Shown piece by piece: positions 11,646 to 22,251 of a DNA stretch of 32,551 nucleotides (position 1 is the first letter of the stretch; each line of letters opens with the position of its first letter). This stretch comes from Rhizaria sp. SCN 62-66 (Eukaryota). The notes under the pieces are model-generated. The model was not told the origin of the DNA and did no database searches. It saw nothing but the letters and a program-made list of their open reading frames with translations. Made by a program: the position numbers and the translations under genes. The stretch covers positions 62,001-94,551 of the forward strand of contig MEDY01000094.1 of the NCBI GenBank assembly GCA_001724265.1. The letters run 5' to 3'.

Positions 11646-13846
11646 CCGTTGTCACCACCTGCCTCGCGCTCGGCACCTTCAAGATGGCCAAGAACGGCGC
11701 CATCGTCCGCTCGCTGCCCTCGGTCGAGACGCTCGGCTGCACCACCGTGATCTGCTCCGACAAGACGGGCACCATCACCACGAACAAGATGTCTGTGCAG
11801 CGCGTCGTCATCGTCACCGAGGCCGCCGTCGCCGCCGCCAAGCCTAAGACCACCGCGAGCCGCAAGTCCTCTGCCAAGTCCGGCTCTGCCGTCGCCGCCA
11901 AGGGCTCCAAGAAGGACAGCGAGATCGTCGATGACCTCGAGATTCACGAGTACGCCGTCACCGGCGACTCCTGGTCGCCCCTGGGCGAGGTCGTTGAGGC
12001 CGCCGACGACGACATCGAGCTCGTGTACCCGGGCGTCGACGTCCCTGCGCTTACCATCATGTCCAAGATCTCCACGCTGTGTAACGAGTCGAGCCTGACC
12101 CACGAGATCGACGCCGCGACCGGCGCCGACGTGTTCGGCAAAGCCGGCACGCCGACCGAGGCCGCACTGCTCGTCATGGCCGAGAAGATCGGCGTCCCCG
12201 ACGAGAAGGCTATGGAGAAGCGCGCCGCGCTGTCCGCCAGCGACCGCATTGACATGGCCAGCAAGTACTGGGCTAAGCTCTTCAAGCGCGTGACGCTGCT
12301 CGAGTTCGACCGCAACCGCAAGTCGATGTCGATGCTGATTGAGGACGTTAAGACCAAGAAGCAGTCGCTGCTCGTCAAGGGCGCGGCCGAGAAGGTCCTC
12401 GAGCGTTGCGACCACGTGCTTGTCGACGAGAACGTCGTGCCCATGACCCGCAAGCTCCGCTCCGCGCTCGAGGCGCACCTGGACGTGCTCAACGCTGACG
12501 GGCTCCGCTCACTCGCGCTGGCCTACCGTGAGGACGCCCCCAAGAACGCCGACTACACCGACATGGACAAGTACGCCGAGTACGAGTCGAAGCTCGTGTT
12601 CGTGGGCATGGCCGCGATGATGGACCCCCCGCGCGCGCCCGTCAAGGCCGCGCTGGCCGAGTGCAAGCAGGCCGGCATCCGCGTCATGATGATCACCGGC
12701 GACAACATCCGCACTGCTGAGTCCATTTGCCGCCGCATCGGGCTCTTCGGCGAGGACGAGGACATCGAGGGCAAGGCCTACACCGGCGACGACCTCAACC
12801 GCATGACCCCCGCCCAGCTCTCCGAGACCGTCAAGACTGCCAAGCTGTACGCGCGTGTCGAGCCCCGCCACAAGCTGGCGATCGTCGAGGCACTCAAGAA
12901 GCAGGGCGAGATTGTCGCCATGACCGGCGACGGCGTTAACGACGCGCCCGCGCTCAAGCGTGCCGACATCGGCGTCGCCATGGGCTCCGGCACCTCTGTC
13001 GCCAAGGAGAGCTCCGAGATGATTCTGCAAGACGACAACTTCGCCACCATCGTCATGGCCGTCCAGGAGGGCCGCGCCATCTACGCCAACACCAAGCAGT
13101 TCATCCGCTACCTCGTCAGCTCCAACATCGGCGAGGTTGCCTGCATCTTCGGCACTGCCGCGCTCGGCATCCCCGACGCGCTCATTCCTGTCCAGCTGCT
13201 CTGGGTCAACCTCGTCACCGACGGCCTGCCGGCCACGGCGCTCGGCTTCAACCCCGCGGACCCGGACGTGATGAAGAGCAAGCCCCGCGACAGCGAGGAG
13301 AACATCATCAACGCGTGGATGTTCTTCCGCTACCTCGTCATCGGCATCTACGTCGGCGTCGCCACCATCGGCGGCTTCATCTGGTGGTACCTCTACTCCC
13401 AGACCGGCCCCAAGATCACCTTCTGGCAGCTCACCCACTTCCACGAGTGCGCCAAGTCCCCGGTCAACTTCCTCGGCGTCGACTGCGGCATCTTCTCCCA
13501 CCCCGTGCCCTCGACCATCTCGCTCTCCATCCTCGTCCTCATCGAGATGTTCAATGCCTTTAACGCGCTGTCCGAGAACCAGTCGCTGCTCAAGGTGACC
13601 CCGCGCTCCAACCCCTGGGTGGTGGGCGCCGCCATGCTGTCTTTCTCGCTGCACCTCGTCATTGTCTACGTGCCCTTCTTCAACTCCATCTTCCGCATCG
13701 CGCCGCTCGGCAAGGCCGAGTGGTACGTCATCGCGGCCGCCTCGCTGCCCGTGTTTGTCGTCGACGAGATCCTCAAGCTCATCACGCGCATCTGGGGCCC
13801 CGGCAAGCCCTCGATCGATGTCACCCCCGCCCAGAAGAACAAGTAA
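10688..13846 (+). CDS. ATP2A: P-type IIA Ca2+-transporting ATPase (SERCA type), 1052 aa, no CDS introns
   Basis: Motifs [49 protein letters not shown]-type Ca2+ site residues are present in [17 protein letters not shown] and IEMFN. Confidence 0.97.
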
Positions 13847-14227
13847 GTAATAATATTAATAAGCGGGATATATCCTATGTAACACTCGCTCTTGTCGGTG
13901 CAGCAGTCATGTGTGGCTGCTGAGTCGCTCTTGTTATTATGGGGGGCATTTGGGAGCTCAACAGTTGCGCTGTGTGCTTGTTTAGGCGCGGCGCAGCGAG
14001 CTTGCAAACGCTTCAGCGCAGCTTCGTGCTTACACGTATTGCGGGAAGCTGACAACATATGTATTGATTCATTAAATCGTCTCGTAGGCGTGTGTAACGC
14101 CGAGAGCTGAGCAATACTATTATTTTAATAAAAAACATATTTCTTTCAACCTGTATTCTACCTCCGACAACGTGCTTTTCACTGCACTTGAGCTCAGCTT
14201 TTTTGGACTGCACACACCACGAACTGG

Positions 14228-14285
14228 TTTTCTCGCGCCCACCTCGAGCCTCGAGCGAGGTTCCAACTCGAGATGGCGCGCAAAA
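14228..14285. promoter_or_regulatory. Inverted pair of imperfect E2F-like sites flanking three CTCGAG palindromes, upstream of the cyclin
   Basis: TTTTCTCGCGCC (14228-14239) and GGCGCGCAAAA (14275-14285). Each is one change from TTTCGCGCC/GGCGCGAAA. Confidence 0.35.
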
Positions 14286-14555
14286 CTTTGATAATGTATT
14301 AAATCGTCTTAGCAGCTTTCTTAGGCGGAAATAAGTGTGTGTATAGCTAGATATTTTGGTTTTATTTAAATATGTTAACGTTGTTTCTTATCCAGACGTC
14401 GTTCTTTCTGCTTGCTATCCACTTTTAGAAAGCCGTCTTCACACCCACCCTCAGGTTGCACACTTAGAATATCCAACAGCACGTTCTCCAACTTCCCGTG
14501 CTCGGATCCTTGTATAACTTCCCAGCCCGGTAGAAACACTTCTTTCCCGGTAAAT

Positions 14556-17500
14556 ATGTCTCAGCCCATTCGCAACGGTATGTTTTCACCCTATTTTCAC
14601 AGTGATTTCGTTTTGGCGCCCACCAAACAATGTCCACGTCAACTCGCTTCTCACCTCAATCTCACCACAATCCTATGTTTTCCTTGTTGCACCAACAGAC
14701 TCCGCCCGCGTCTACGGCCCTTCTGAGCCTGCCCCGTCGGTTTCGTCTGCGCGTCCCGCGATTGACGCCTCCAACTCATCCTCGGACTCCCTCAAGGTGG
14801 CCGTCTTCGACGCCACCGACCCTGCTTTCGGCCTTTCCGCCGCTGCGGCCGCCGCCATGCGTGCCTCCGGCCGCCGCCGCGTCACCGCCGAGCCCCTTTC
14901 CGCCGCTCCCTTGGTGTCTGTTCCCGCGCCTGTGGACGACGCTGTTGACGCCCCCCACGCCACCAAGCGCTCGCGCCTCGCCTCAGCTGCCGCGACCTCG
15001 GCCGCGTCGCACGCCTCGGCCTCCGCAGCGGCCGCCAGCGGTGACAGTAGCAGCAGCGTTCCGCTCGAGTACCGCGACATTCTCTCGCAGCAGTCCGTCG
15101 CCGAATCCACCGCCCCCGCGCTCGCCGACGCCGCCAACGCCTCTGGCGCCGCGGCGGCAGCGGCGGCGACGACGGCCCCCGTCTCCGCCGCCGCCTCCCG
15201 CTCCCGCCACGGCCACGGTGACAGCGACGACAGCGAGGACGACGATGACGAGGAGGACGCGGTGCGGTACAGCGCGGATGACGCGCAGATCCGCACGGCG
15301 GCGTCGGCCGCGCTGCCCGCGCACTTCGGGCTCTCGGCGCTGCACACCGTCAGCAAGGAACTCTCCACCCTCAGCATCGACGACCACACGTTCACCCAGG
15401 CGCGCGCCGCCTTCGCGCGCCAGCAGCAGCAGCAGATCCAGCAACAGCAGCCCATGATGCCTTCGCCCGCCCCCGCGACCACCACTGTCTCTGTCTCAGT
15501 CTCAGTCTCTGTCGCTGCCAACAAAGCCGACGCCGAGGTCGCAGTCCCTTCGATCCTGGCCAGCTCCATGACCGACTCCGCCCCGGCCGTGGCCGACGCG
15601 GAGGCGACTGTGGCGCTGCCGCCGATCGCACACCCGCAGCTGCCCGTCGGCATGAAGACGCCCGCGCGCGCGTCGGGCGCGCTGCTCTCGAGCTACTACT
15701 CGGACCGCGACCTCCGCGCGGACTTCTCCAGCCTCCACAACGCCAGCAACAACAACAGCAATAGCGGCAACGCCAGCACGAGTAGCTTTGCGGTGGCGTT
15801 TGCCGCCCGCTCCGCCGCGCTGGCCGCCGCGCCCGCGGACGCCGTGGCCGAGTGCGACCTCTCGGCTCCCGCGCGCGAGCACGGCCGCGCCTTCCGCGCT
15901 TGGGTCGCGCTCTTCGCCGACGCGGCCGCCAACCCGCTGGCCACCTTCGCCCTCGCCAAGGAGTCCGCAGACGCCGTCGCGCTTGCCGAGGCCTGGGGCG
16001 CGGCCCGCAACAACAACAGTGAGTCCCTCTCTAGCACTGCGGTTGTGGGCGCGAACGCGGCGCCGCTGGTGGGTCTGATGCAGGGCATCGCGCAGCGCGT
16101 GGTGGTGTCGCTGGCGCGCGACCAGCGGGTCCGCGCGACACTGCTGCAAGACGCCACGGCCGTGCCTACGCTCATGAGCTACCTCAAGGCCGTCGCGCGC
16201 GGCGACGTCACCGCTGCGGCCCACGGTCACTCGCCGCAGCAGCAGCAGCAGCAGCAGCAGCAGGCGATGTACGTGTCGCCGATGCCGCTGCACAGCGGCA
16301 GCCCCCACGCGTCTCTCACTGCCCACGGCCACGGCACTGGCCCCGCTCACGGTCACGGGCCTGTGGTGCCGAGCTCGGCCTCGCGCAAGCGCCGCCTCTC
16401 CATCGGCCTCAGCCACAGCCAGTCGCAGACTCAGTCCCAGACTCTTTCACAATCGCACTCCCAGACGCTGAGCCAGGGCGCCAGCGGCTCCGTCGCCGGC
16501 ACGCCCGTCGCGGGCTCGCGCAACACCGCCAATGAAACCGCAGCTGCGGGGACCGTGGGCGCTCTGAACGCGCGCAACGTGACGCTGGTGCCGCAGCTGG
16601 CCGCCGCGGCGCTGTGGAACGTGGCGCCCGCGGGCAACGCGGCGCAGGGCCACGCGATCCTGCCGCTGTCTGCGATGCAGGCGCTGGACGGGAACCTGGG
16701 GTACGACATCACGGCCAGCGAGCAGCGCCGCGGCGAGGCGCCCTTGCTCGCGTGCCTCATGCTCGACGAGAACGGCCGCGGCTCCCTCGATCAGGTACGT
16801 GGCAACACAAATCACAACATATAAAAGTAATCACTGCTTTGCTTTCTTTTTCTTGCTTTCTATTTCTTCATTCTTTCTTAATCGCTTACATGTCTCTTAT
16901 GTTTTTTTATTTTTCTCATCTTAGGTTGACGCGATGCTGCTGCGCGAGCGCAACTACTCTGTCGAGGGCGACTACCTGGTGCACACCGACGGCATCACGC
17001 CGCGCATGCGCGCGATCCTGATCGACTGGCTGGCCGAGCTGGCGCACGAGTACCTCATTGGCCGCGAGGCCTTCCACCTCGCCGTGGCCAACTTCGACCG
17101 CTTCGTGGACCTGGCCGGCCGCGCCGCGTGGTACCGCCAGCACTGCGCCGCGCTGCTCGCGGCGGGCCACGCGCCCACCGACCTGCCCGCGCCGCCCGTG
17201 CCCTTCTGCGACCGCTCGTTTCTGGTGTCGGTTGACGAGGTGCCCACAGTCACGCGCGCGAACCTGCAGCTGGTGGGCATCTGCTGTCTGGCCATCACGG
17301 CCAAGGTCGACGAGATCTACCCGCCCAGCGTCGTCGACCTGGTTGCCGCGACCGACAACGCCTTCACGCGCGCGCAGATCCTCGTCATGGAGTCGAGCAT
17401 CCTGCGCACGCTGCAATGGTCCATCCACCCGCCGACCGTCTTCGCCTACGTGCGCCTCTACCTCCGCGCGCTCATCTCCTCCGCCGCGGCCGCCGCCCCA

Positions 17501-18505
17501 TCTGTGCCGGCCCACGTGGCCGCCCGCGCGCGCCGCGCCGCCGCCCGCCGCCGCCGCACCGCCGCGCGCGCCGCCGAGACGGCCGAGGACGCGACACGCC
17601 TGGCACAGGCCGCCGCCGAGGCCTCTGCCGCGGATGCCGCCGCGCGCGCCGAGGCCCGCGCGGCCGCCGAGGGCATGTCGCGCGCCGCCGCCGCGGGCCG
17701 CGAGGTCGAATTCGACGACGCGTGCTTTGCGAGCGACGCCGCCGACGACGACTTCGACATCGTGAGCTCGGGCGCGGGCCCCGCGGCGGCCGCTCTCGAC
17801 GCCGCCGTGCGCCGGCAGAACGCCATTGCGGCCGACGCCGCGGCCCGAGCCCGCGCGCGCGCCGCCGCGGCCGAGCTGGACGCCGCTGAGGCCGCGCGCG
17901 ACGTCGCCGAGGACCGCGAGGACGCGGTGGCCGCGGTCGACTTCCCCCAGTATTTGCTCTCCACCGTCGCGCCCGAGTGCGCGCTCCCCTCTGCACCGTC
18001 TACACACAACGGCAACGGCAACAGCAACGGTGAGAGCGACAGCGCCGCTGCGAACGCGACTGTGAACGTGAGAGTGAGCGCGCGCGCGGCACCGTTCCTG
18101 AGCGCGCACCGCTTCTCGCGCCTCATGGAGCTGCTCGACGTCGCGATCCTCGACTCCGAACACGTGCTGCTGCCCGCCTCGGCCATCTCGGCCGCCGCCG
18201 TCGCGCTCGTGTACCCCGAGGCGCGCCGCGTCATCCCCAACGTCTTCGATCGCGCTTCGCTGGCGCCGGCGCTCATCTACATTGCGCGCTTCGCGCACCT
18301 GCCCTTCCTGGGCGCCGGGCTGCCCGCGCTGCCCTTCTACAACCTGCGCTTCAGCGACGACGAGCGCCACACGCGTCAGTCGCACCACTCGGGCGCACTT
18401 GCAGTCGCCGAGGCCGCCGTCAGCCAGGAGATGTCTTTCAGCGCCGCGCTCACCCCCGCCATGGCCGCCGAGTGGAACGCCGTCTGGGGGCCCAGCATCG
18501 AGTAA
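14556..18505 (+). CDS. Cyclin (E-like within the A/E group), ~1232 aa, 3 exons: join(14556..14577,14699..16794,16925..18505)
   Basis: Cyclin box ITPRMRAILIDWLAE..FHLAVANFDRF, LQLVG..AKVDEIYPP..TD..ILVME..L.W.IHPPT, and C-terminal fold LLDVAILD..AISAAAV. Introns GTATGT..CAG and GTACGT..TAG keep the frame. Confidence 0.88.
14578..14698 (+). other. Spliceosomal intron (121 nt)
   Basis: G|GTATGT donor and CAACAG acceptor join MSQPIRN-D-SARVYG in frame. Confidence 0.75.
16795..16924 (+). other. Spliceosomal intron (130 nt)
   Basis: CAG|GTACGT donor, very T-rich body, CTTAG acceptor, phase 0. Confidence 0.88.
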
Positions 18506-19362
18506 GGGAAATGCTACAGAAGCTGAAGAATCAACCCTTGCATCACCGTGAGACTTTACAACAGTTATATAGCCAGCTCTGACATAAGAAAAGAAAAAGC
18601 ATCTAAATTATTTGTTCTGTTCCTCAATGTTTAACCCCCAACTAGGTTATTTATCGAATCCGCTCCCAAGCGTATGAATCCTACTGCTGCCGACTTCAAG
18701 TACTTATCTGTGCATATCTTACAAAGACAAAACATACGGCAGCAGACTTTCTTTTCAATACAATCCAAACTTAAATTCTTAAATCATGCAGTAACTATAA
18801 ACAACGACATGGATCGAAGAACTAAAGAACTGCTATAAAAAGGAATCAAAGACAAAGTCTATGTATGGGTCTGACAACGATGTACGGACATATGTAACGC
18901 ACACACACGAAAAAGCAAGAGCAAGGCTCAACACAGTGCTGTTGCTGTTACTCTGTAGTGGTCGTACTATTATATGAAAAACTTGCAACTGATGGAGATA
19001 GAAGGTCCATTGTTGTGTGCACGTACGTCGTAGGAACTGTGTGTCCTTGTTGTTGGTTGTTCATCATTCACTCACTTAAAGAAATGCTGAGAACATCATG
19101 ATGTTAATGATATGAATTAATACAGACTAAAAGGAAAAAAAATCTCCGTAAACAAACAATACACAAAAACAGTACAAATTCAATTGGAATATATAGTTGT
19201 GTAACAAAGCACGCAGACGGCCAACACAACGCTGGCCAATCTGTGGCCTCAGTCTCTCAATAGGCACCATGGTCAAATAAAGAGGCCTCTCGCCGCCGCC
19301 AGCTGCGTCACTGGCGTGTTGTCGCAATCTCGATGTGAGCGTTGTCGACCGCACGCAGTTGC

Positions 19363-19535
19363 CCACAGGAAGTCGTCTGGCGCGCGGGCCTCTGCCATTG
19401 ATTGATGGTCCCTGGCTACGAACAAGTCACTTCACAGAGAGTAGTCCGATGCGGGTCTCTACCATTGACTGATGGTCCGTGGCCATTGCGTAACGTCGAA
19501 ACACCTCACAAGAAGTAGTCAGGCGCGGGCCGCTT
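19363..19535 (-). repeat. Degenerate ~70-nt tandem repeat (about 2.4 units) spanning the PP4 stop codon and proximal 3' UTR
   Basis: GCGGGCCTCTGCCATTGATTGATGGTCCCTGGC (19384-19416) matches GCGGGTCTCTACCATTGACTGATGGTCCGTGGC (19451-19483) at 29/33. Each unit also carries a copy of the last PP4 codons (19363-19394 and 19432-19461 versus 19506-19535). Confidence 0.8.
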
Positions 19536-20462
19536 GGCGGGCACGCCGCGGACGTCCTGCGGCGCGGCGGCGAAGGTCTTGAACTCGGCGCCCAGGTCCT
19601 GGTCGAACTCGAGGATGGCGGCGATGTTGTCGCAGCGGTAGCAGTAGTTAGGCGCGGACCACACGGTGACGAGCTTCTGGTCAAACATGTACTTGTACCC
19701 GTCCATCATGAGCTGGTGCGCACGCGCGATGAGCTCGAGCCCGTTTGTGTGGAGGAACTTGTCCACGGGCCCCTTGGAGAAGAGGAAGCCCGCGCCGCGC
19801 GGCGAGAGCCCGAAGTCTTCGTCCAGCTCGTCGGGGTCGGACCACAGCAAGTCGCACATGGGCCCGTCGTGCGGGACCTCCTGCTTGCGGTCCAGCAGAC
19901 GGATCTCGTCGAGCGTGGTGATGGTCGGTGAGAGCCCGCCGTGGACGCAGAAGACCTTGTTCTCCACCAGCGCCGACAGCGCCAGGTAGTCGAAGATCTC
20001 GGTGCAGTAGCGCCACACGTTGACGGAGCCATACTTGCGCAGGCACTCGTCGTAGAAGCCGTAGACCTGGGTGATCTGGCGCGACTCGTGGTTGCCGCGA
20101 ATGAGCGTCATGCGGTCGGGGTAGCGGACCTTAAGCGCAAGAAGGAGCAGAAACGTCTCCACTGAGTAGTACCCGCGGTCCACGAAGTCGCCCAGGAAGA
20201 GGTAGTTGGTGTCGGGGCACTCGCCGCCCTGATCGAAGAGCTCGCGCAGGTCGTAGAACTGGCCGTGGATGTCGCCGCAGATCGTCACGGGCGCGTCCAC
20301 GCGCTGCACGTTCGACTCCTCGATCAGGATCTCCATCGCTTTCTGGCACAGCGCGCGCACCTCGGCCTCGGAGATGGTTTCGCAGCGCTTGAGCTGCGCG
20401 ATCTGCCGATCCAAGTCGGAGATCGACAGCGCAGACGCCGATGACGACGGGTGGGGAGGCAT
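19506..20462 (-). CDS. PPP4C: Serine/threonine protein phosphatase 4 catalytic subunit, 318 aa
   Basis: GDIHG, GDFVDRG, RGNHE and SAPNYCYRC motifs. PP4-type N-terminus [25 protein letters not shown], and C-terminal DYFL. First ATG at 20462 (the track start at 20501 is TTG). Confidence 0.95.
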   Translation of the reverse strand: MPPHPSSSASALSISDLDRQIAQLKRCETISEAEVRALCQKAMEILIEESNVQRVDAPVTICGDIHGQFYDLRELFDQGGECPDTNYLFLGDFVDRGYYSVETFLLLLALKVRYPDRMTLIRGNHESRQITQVYGFYDECLRKYGSVNVWRYCTEIFDYLALSALVENKVFCVHGGLSPTITTLDEIRLLDRKQEVPHDGPMCDLLWSDPDELDEDFGLSPRGAGFLFSKGPVDKFLHTNGLELIARAHQLMMDGYKYMFDQKLVTVWSAPNYCYRCDNIAAILEFDQDLGAEFKTFAAAPQDVRGVPAKRPAPDYFL

Positions 20463-21135
20463 CGTGTGTGCGTGTGAGGGGGGGGGGTGTTGTTGTGACA
20501 AACGTTGTTGCCGTTACTGTCGTTGCTGCTGTTCAGGGTCTGTGGACGACGTCGTCAGAGAGCACGAGCGAAGCAAGAGCTTGGATGTGAGACGCGTGAG
20601 ACGCGACGCGACACGGCGACGCTGGGGAGACTCGGAGGCGGGTGCGGGGCTGGGGGCGGTTGCACAGCGGAGTAACGCACGGTGCAAACGGGAAGCGGGC
20701 AGGGACGGGACTGGCAGCGCTGGGAGAACGGCGCGCGGGGCACAGGAGCGAGAAGTTCCTCGTGGTGTTCAGATTAGGATGTTTACGAAGACTTGCTATG
20801 CTCGGAGTCGCTGGGCGCCAGGGAACGGGGAGCTAAGAGTCTATGCGCGGGGGGATAGGTATGAAACAAAATCGGGTACGCGAACGGAAGATGCAAAAGA
20901 TGAGATAAGGCAGAACAAGAGTGCTACTGATGGATAGCGCAAAGGATAGGACAAATCGGACTATCTTGTGTGGGAGGGAATTTAAGCGCGACATGAACCA
21001 TCTTCCAACGTCAGTCAGATTGAAACAACGCATATGTAAAACAAAGAAGGCTTTTCTATAACATATTGAAATTACAGGACAACAAGATTCGACTACCAGT
21101 CCTAAAACGTGATTTGAAGGGGGCAATTTCTGCGA

Positions 21136-21187
21136 GTTGGACCGAGCGAGAGCGCGAGCTCGACTTGGTCGGTCGGTGACCGTGGGC
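21136..21187 (-). promoter_or_regulatory. Candidate upstream element for PP4: GCCCACGGTCAC ... CTCGGTCCAAC
   Basis: Both motifs are on the minus strand, matching 4039-4050 and 10230-10240 exactly. Confidence 0.45.
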
Positions 21188-21560
21188 AGCTGGGCGATCT
21201 AGCCACAAAAAGATTTCGGAATTACGCGGCACAGGAAACGACTAGGAAAACGTTATTTATTCGGCTTAAAAATTATACTAACCGAAATTCGCAATGTTTC
21301 TCTGTAACAACACTTTATTAACATTTTGAAATCGATGAAATGTAATGCAGAAATCGAAATGCCTTTGAAGCGCTCGGCTGGACCTGAATTGCGAGACGGC
21401 AAGATCAAGCGCAATCTGACTTCAGAAGCGATAATAAAACAAAAGAGAATGCATAGCAGTACGTTTTCATCTTGATGCAGTTAGCAATTGCAACCCACAG
21501 CGTGTGGGGGACTCTATGCGGGTCTTTTGTGTTACGCGGAATACCGGATCAATCAGCCGG

Positions 21561-21587
21561 CCACGGTCACCACACTGACCGGTCCGC
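21561..21587 (+). promoter_or_regulatory. Candidate upstream element for ELAV: CCACGGTCAC ... GGTCCGC
   Basis: Exact 10-mer copy, oriented away from the PP4 copy in the same divergent spacer. Confidence 0.45.
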
Positions 21588-22251
21588 AAAGTTAGGTCGC
21601 CTTCTGCCAGGGCCGGGCGAGTTAATGGGATCAAAATATAGCGTTGTGTGATTGATATGTGTGCAGTTTGAGGAATGATACCTGTGTGCCGGGTCCGTAA
21701 GTATGGACCTGTTCGTGCCTGCGTGCACCTGAGCGAACTCTGGAGCAGGAACTGAGCTGGCGCAGGATGGAGAGGTCACACCACCCAGCACGCCTAACTG
21801 CTCGCAGGCGACGAGATATGCCCACGTGCGCGCGCTGTAAATGCATCTTGAGGGATATTCGAGAGGCCTGGGCGATGTGAGCTCTGCAGCGGACGTCTTG
21901 GCGGGATCCCTGACCCTTAGGCCGCAGGACAACCGCCTTAGAAGGGATTCAGATCTTGTTAATCCGCTCCTCATCGGCTACCGACACTCTCAGTTCGCAC
22001 CGAATCGGGACGAAGTTGCGACCGCGAATTCCTCTGCGCTGGAGCGGTCAGTACAGCTCCGCGTAGGAGAAGAATGTTGTCGAATAATTCTGCTTCATCC
22101 ATTTTTAAATTCTGTCCCGCATCTCGATGCACATGTCGCGCTGCGGTGTGTTTGCTTTGTGCTCCGAGGAGCTCGAGAGATTGCTCCGTCGGATAACCTT
22201 ATCTCACCTGTTCATCATCTTTCTGCTGCCCCTTATAGACGACTTCCAACG

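Noticed and set aside
10681-13662. Long antisense ORFs (up to 415 aa) opposite SERCA, and similar ones opposite the cyclin, ELAV and coiled-coil genes
   Set aside because: Expected by-product of strong C/G-ending codon bias; no recognisable protein features.
14602-14698. ORF-track N-termini at 14602, 5181, 20501, 22540, 23714 and 30996
   Set aside because: They begin in introns or UTRs, mostly at non-ATG codons; the spliced models fit better.
19461-19476. ACCAT-CAGTCA-ATGGT hairpin (sense strand) as an iron-responsive element
   Set aside because: The loop is CAGUCA, not CAGUGN, there is no bulged C, and the second copy has loop CAAUCA.
21841-22251. 137-codon open frame in phase with the ELAV ATG
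   Set aside because: It lacks the codon bias of the real exons and runs through a pyrimidine tract and acceptor; probably chance, though not excluded.
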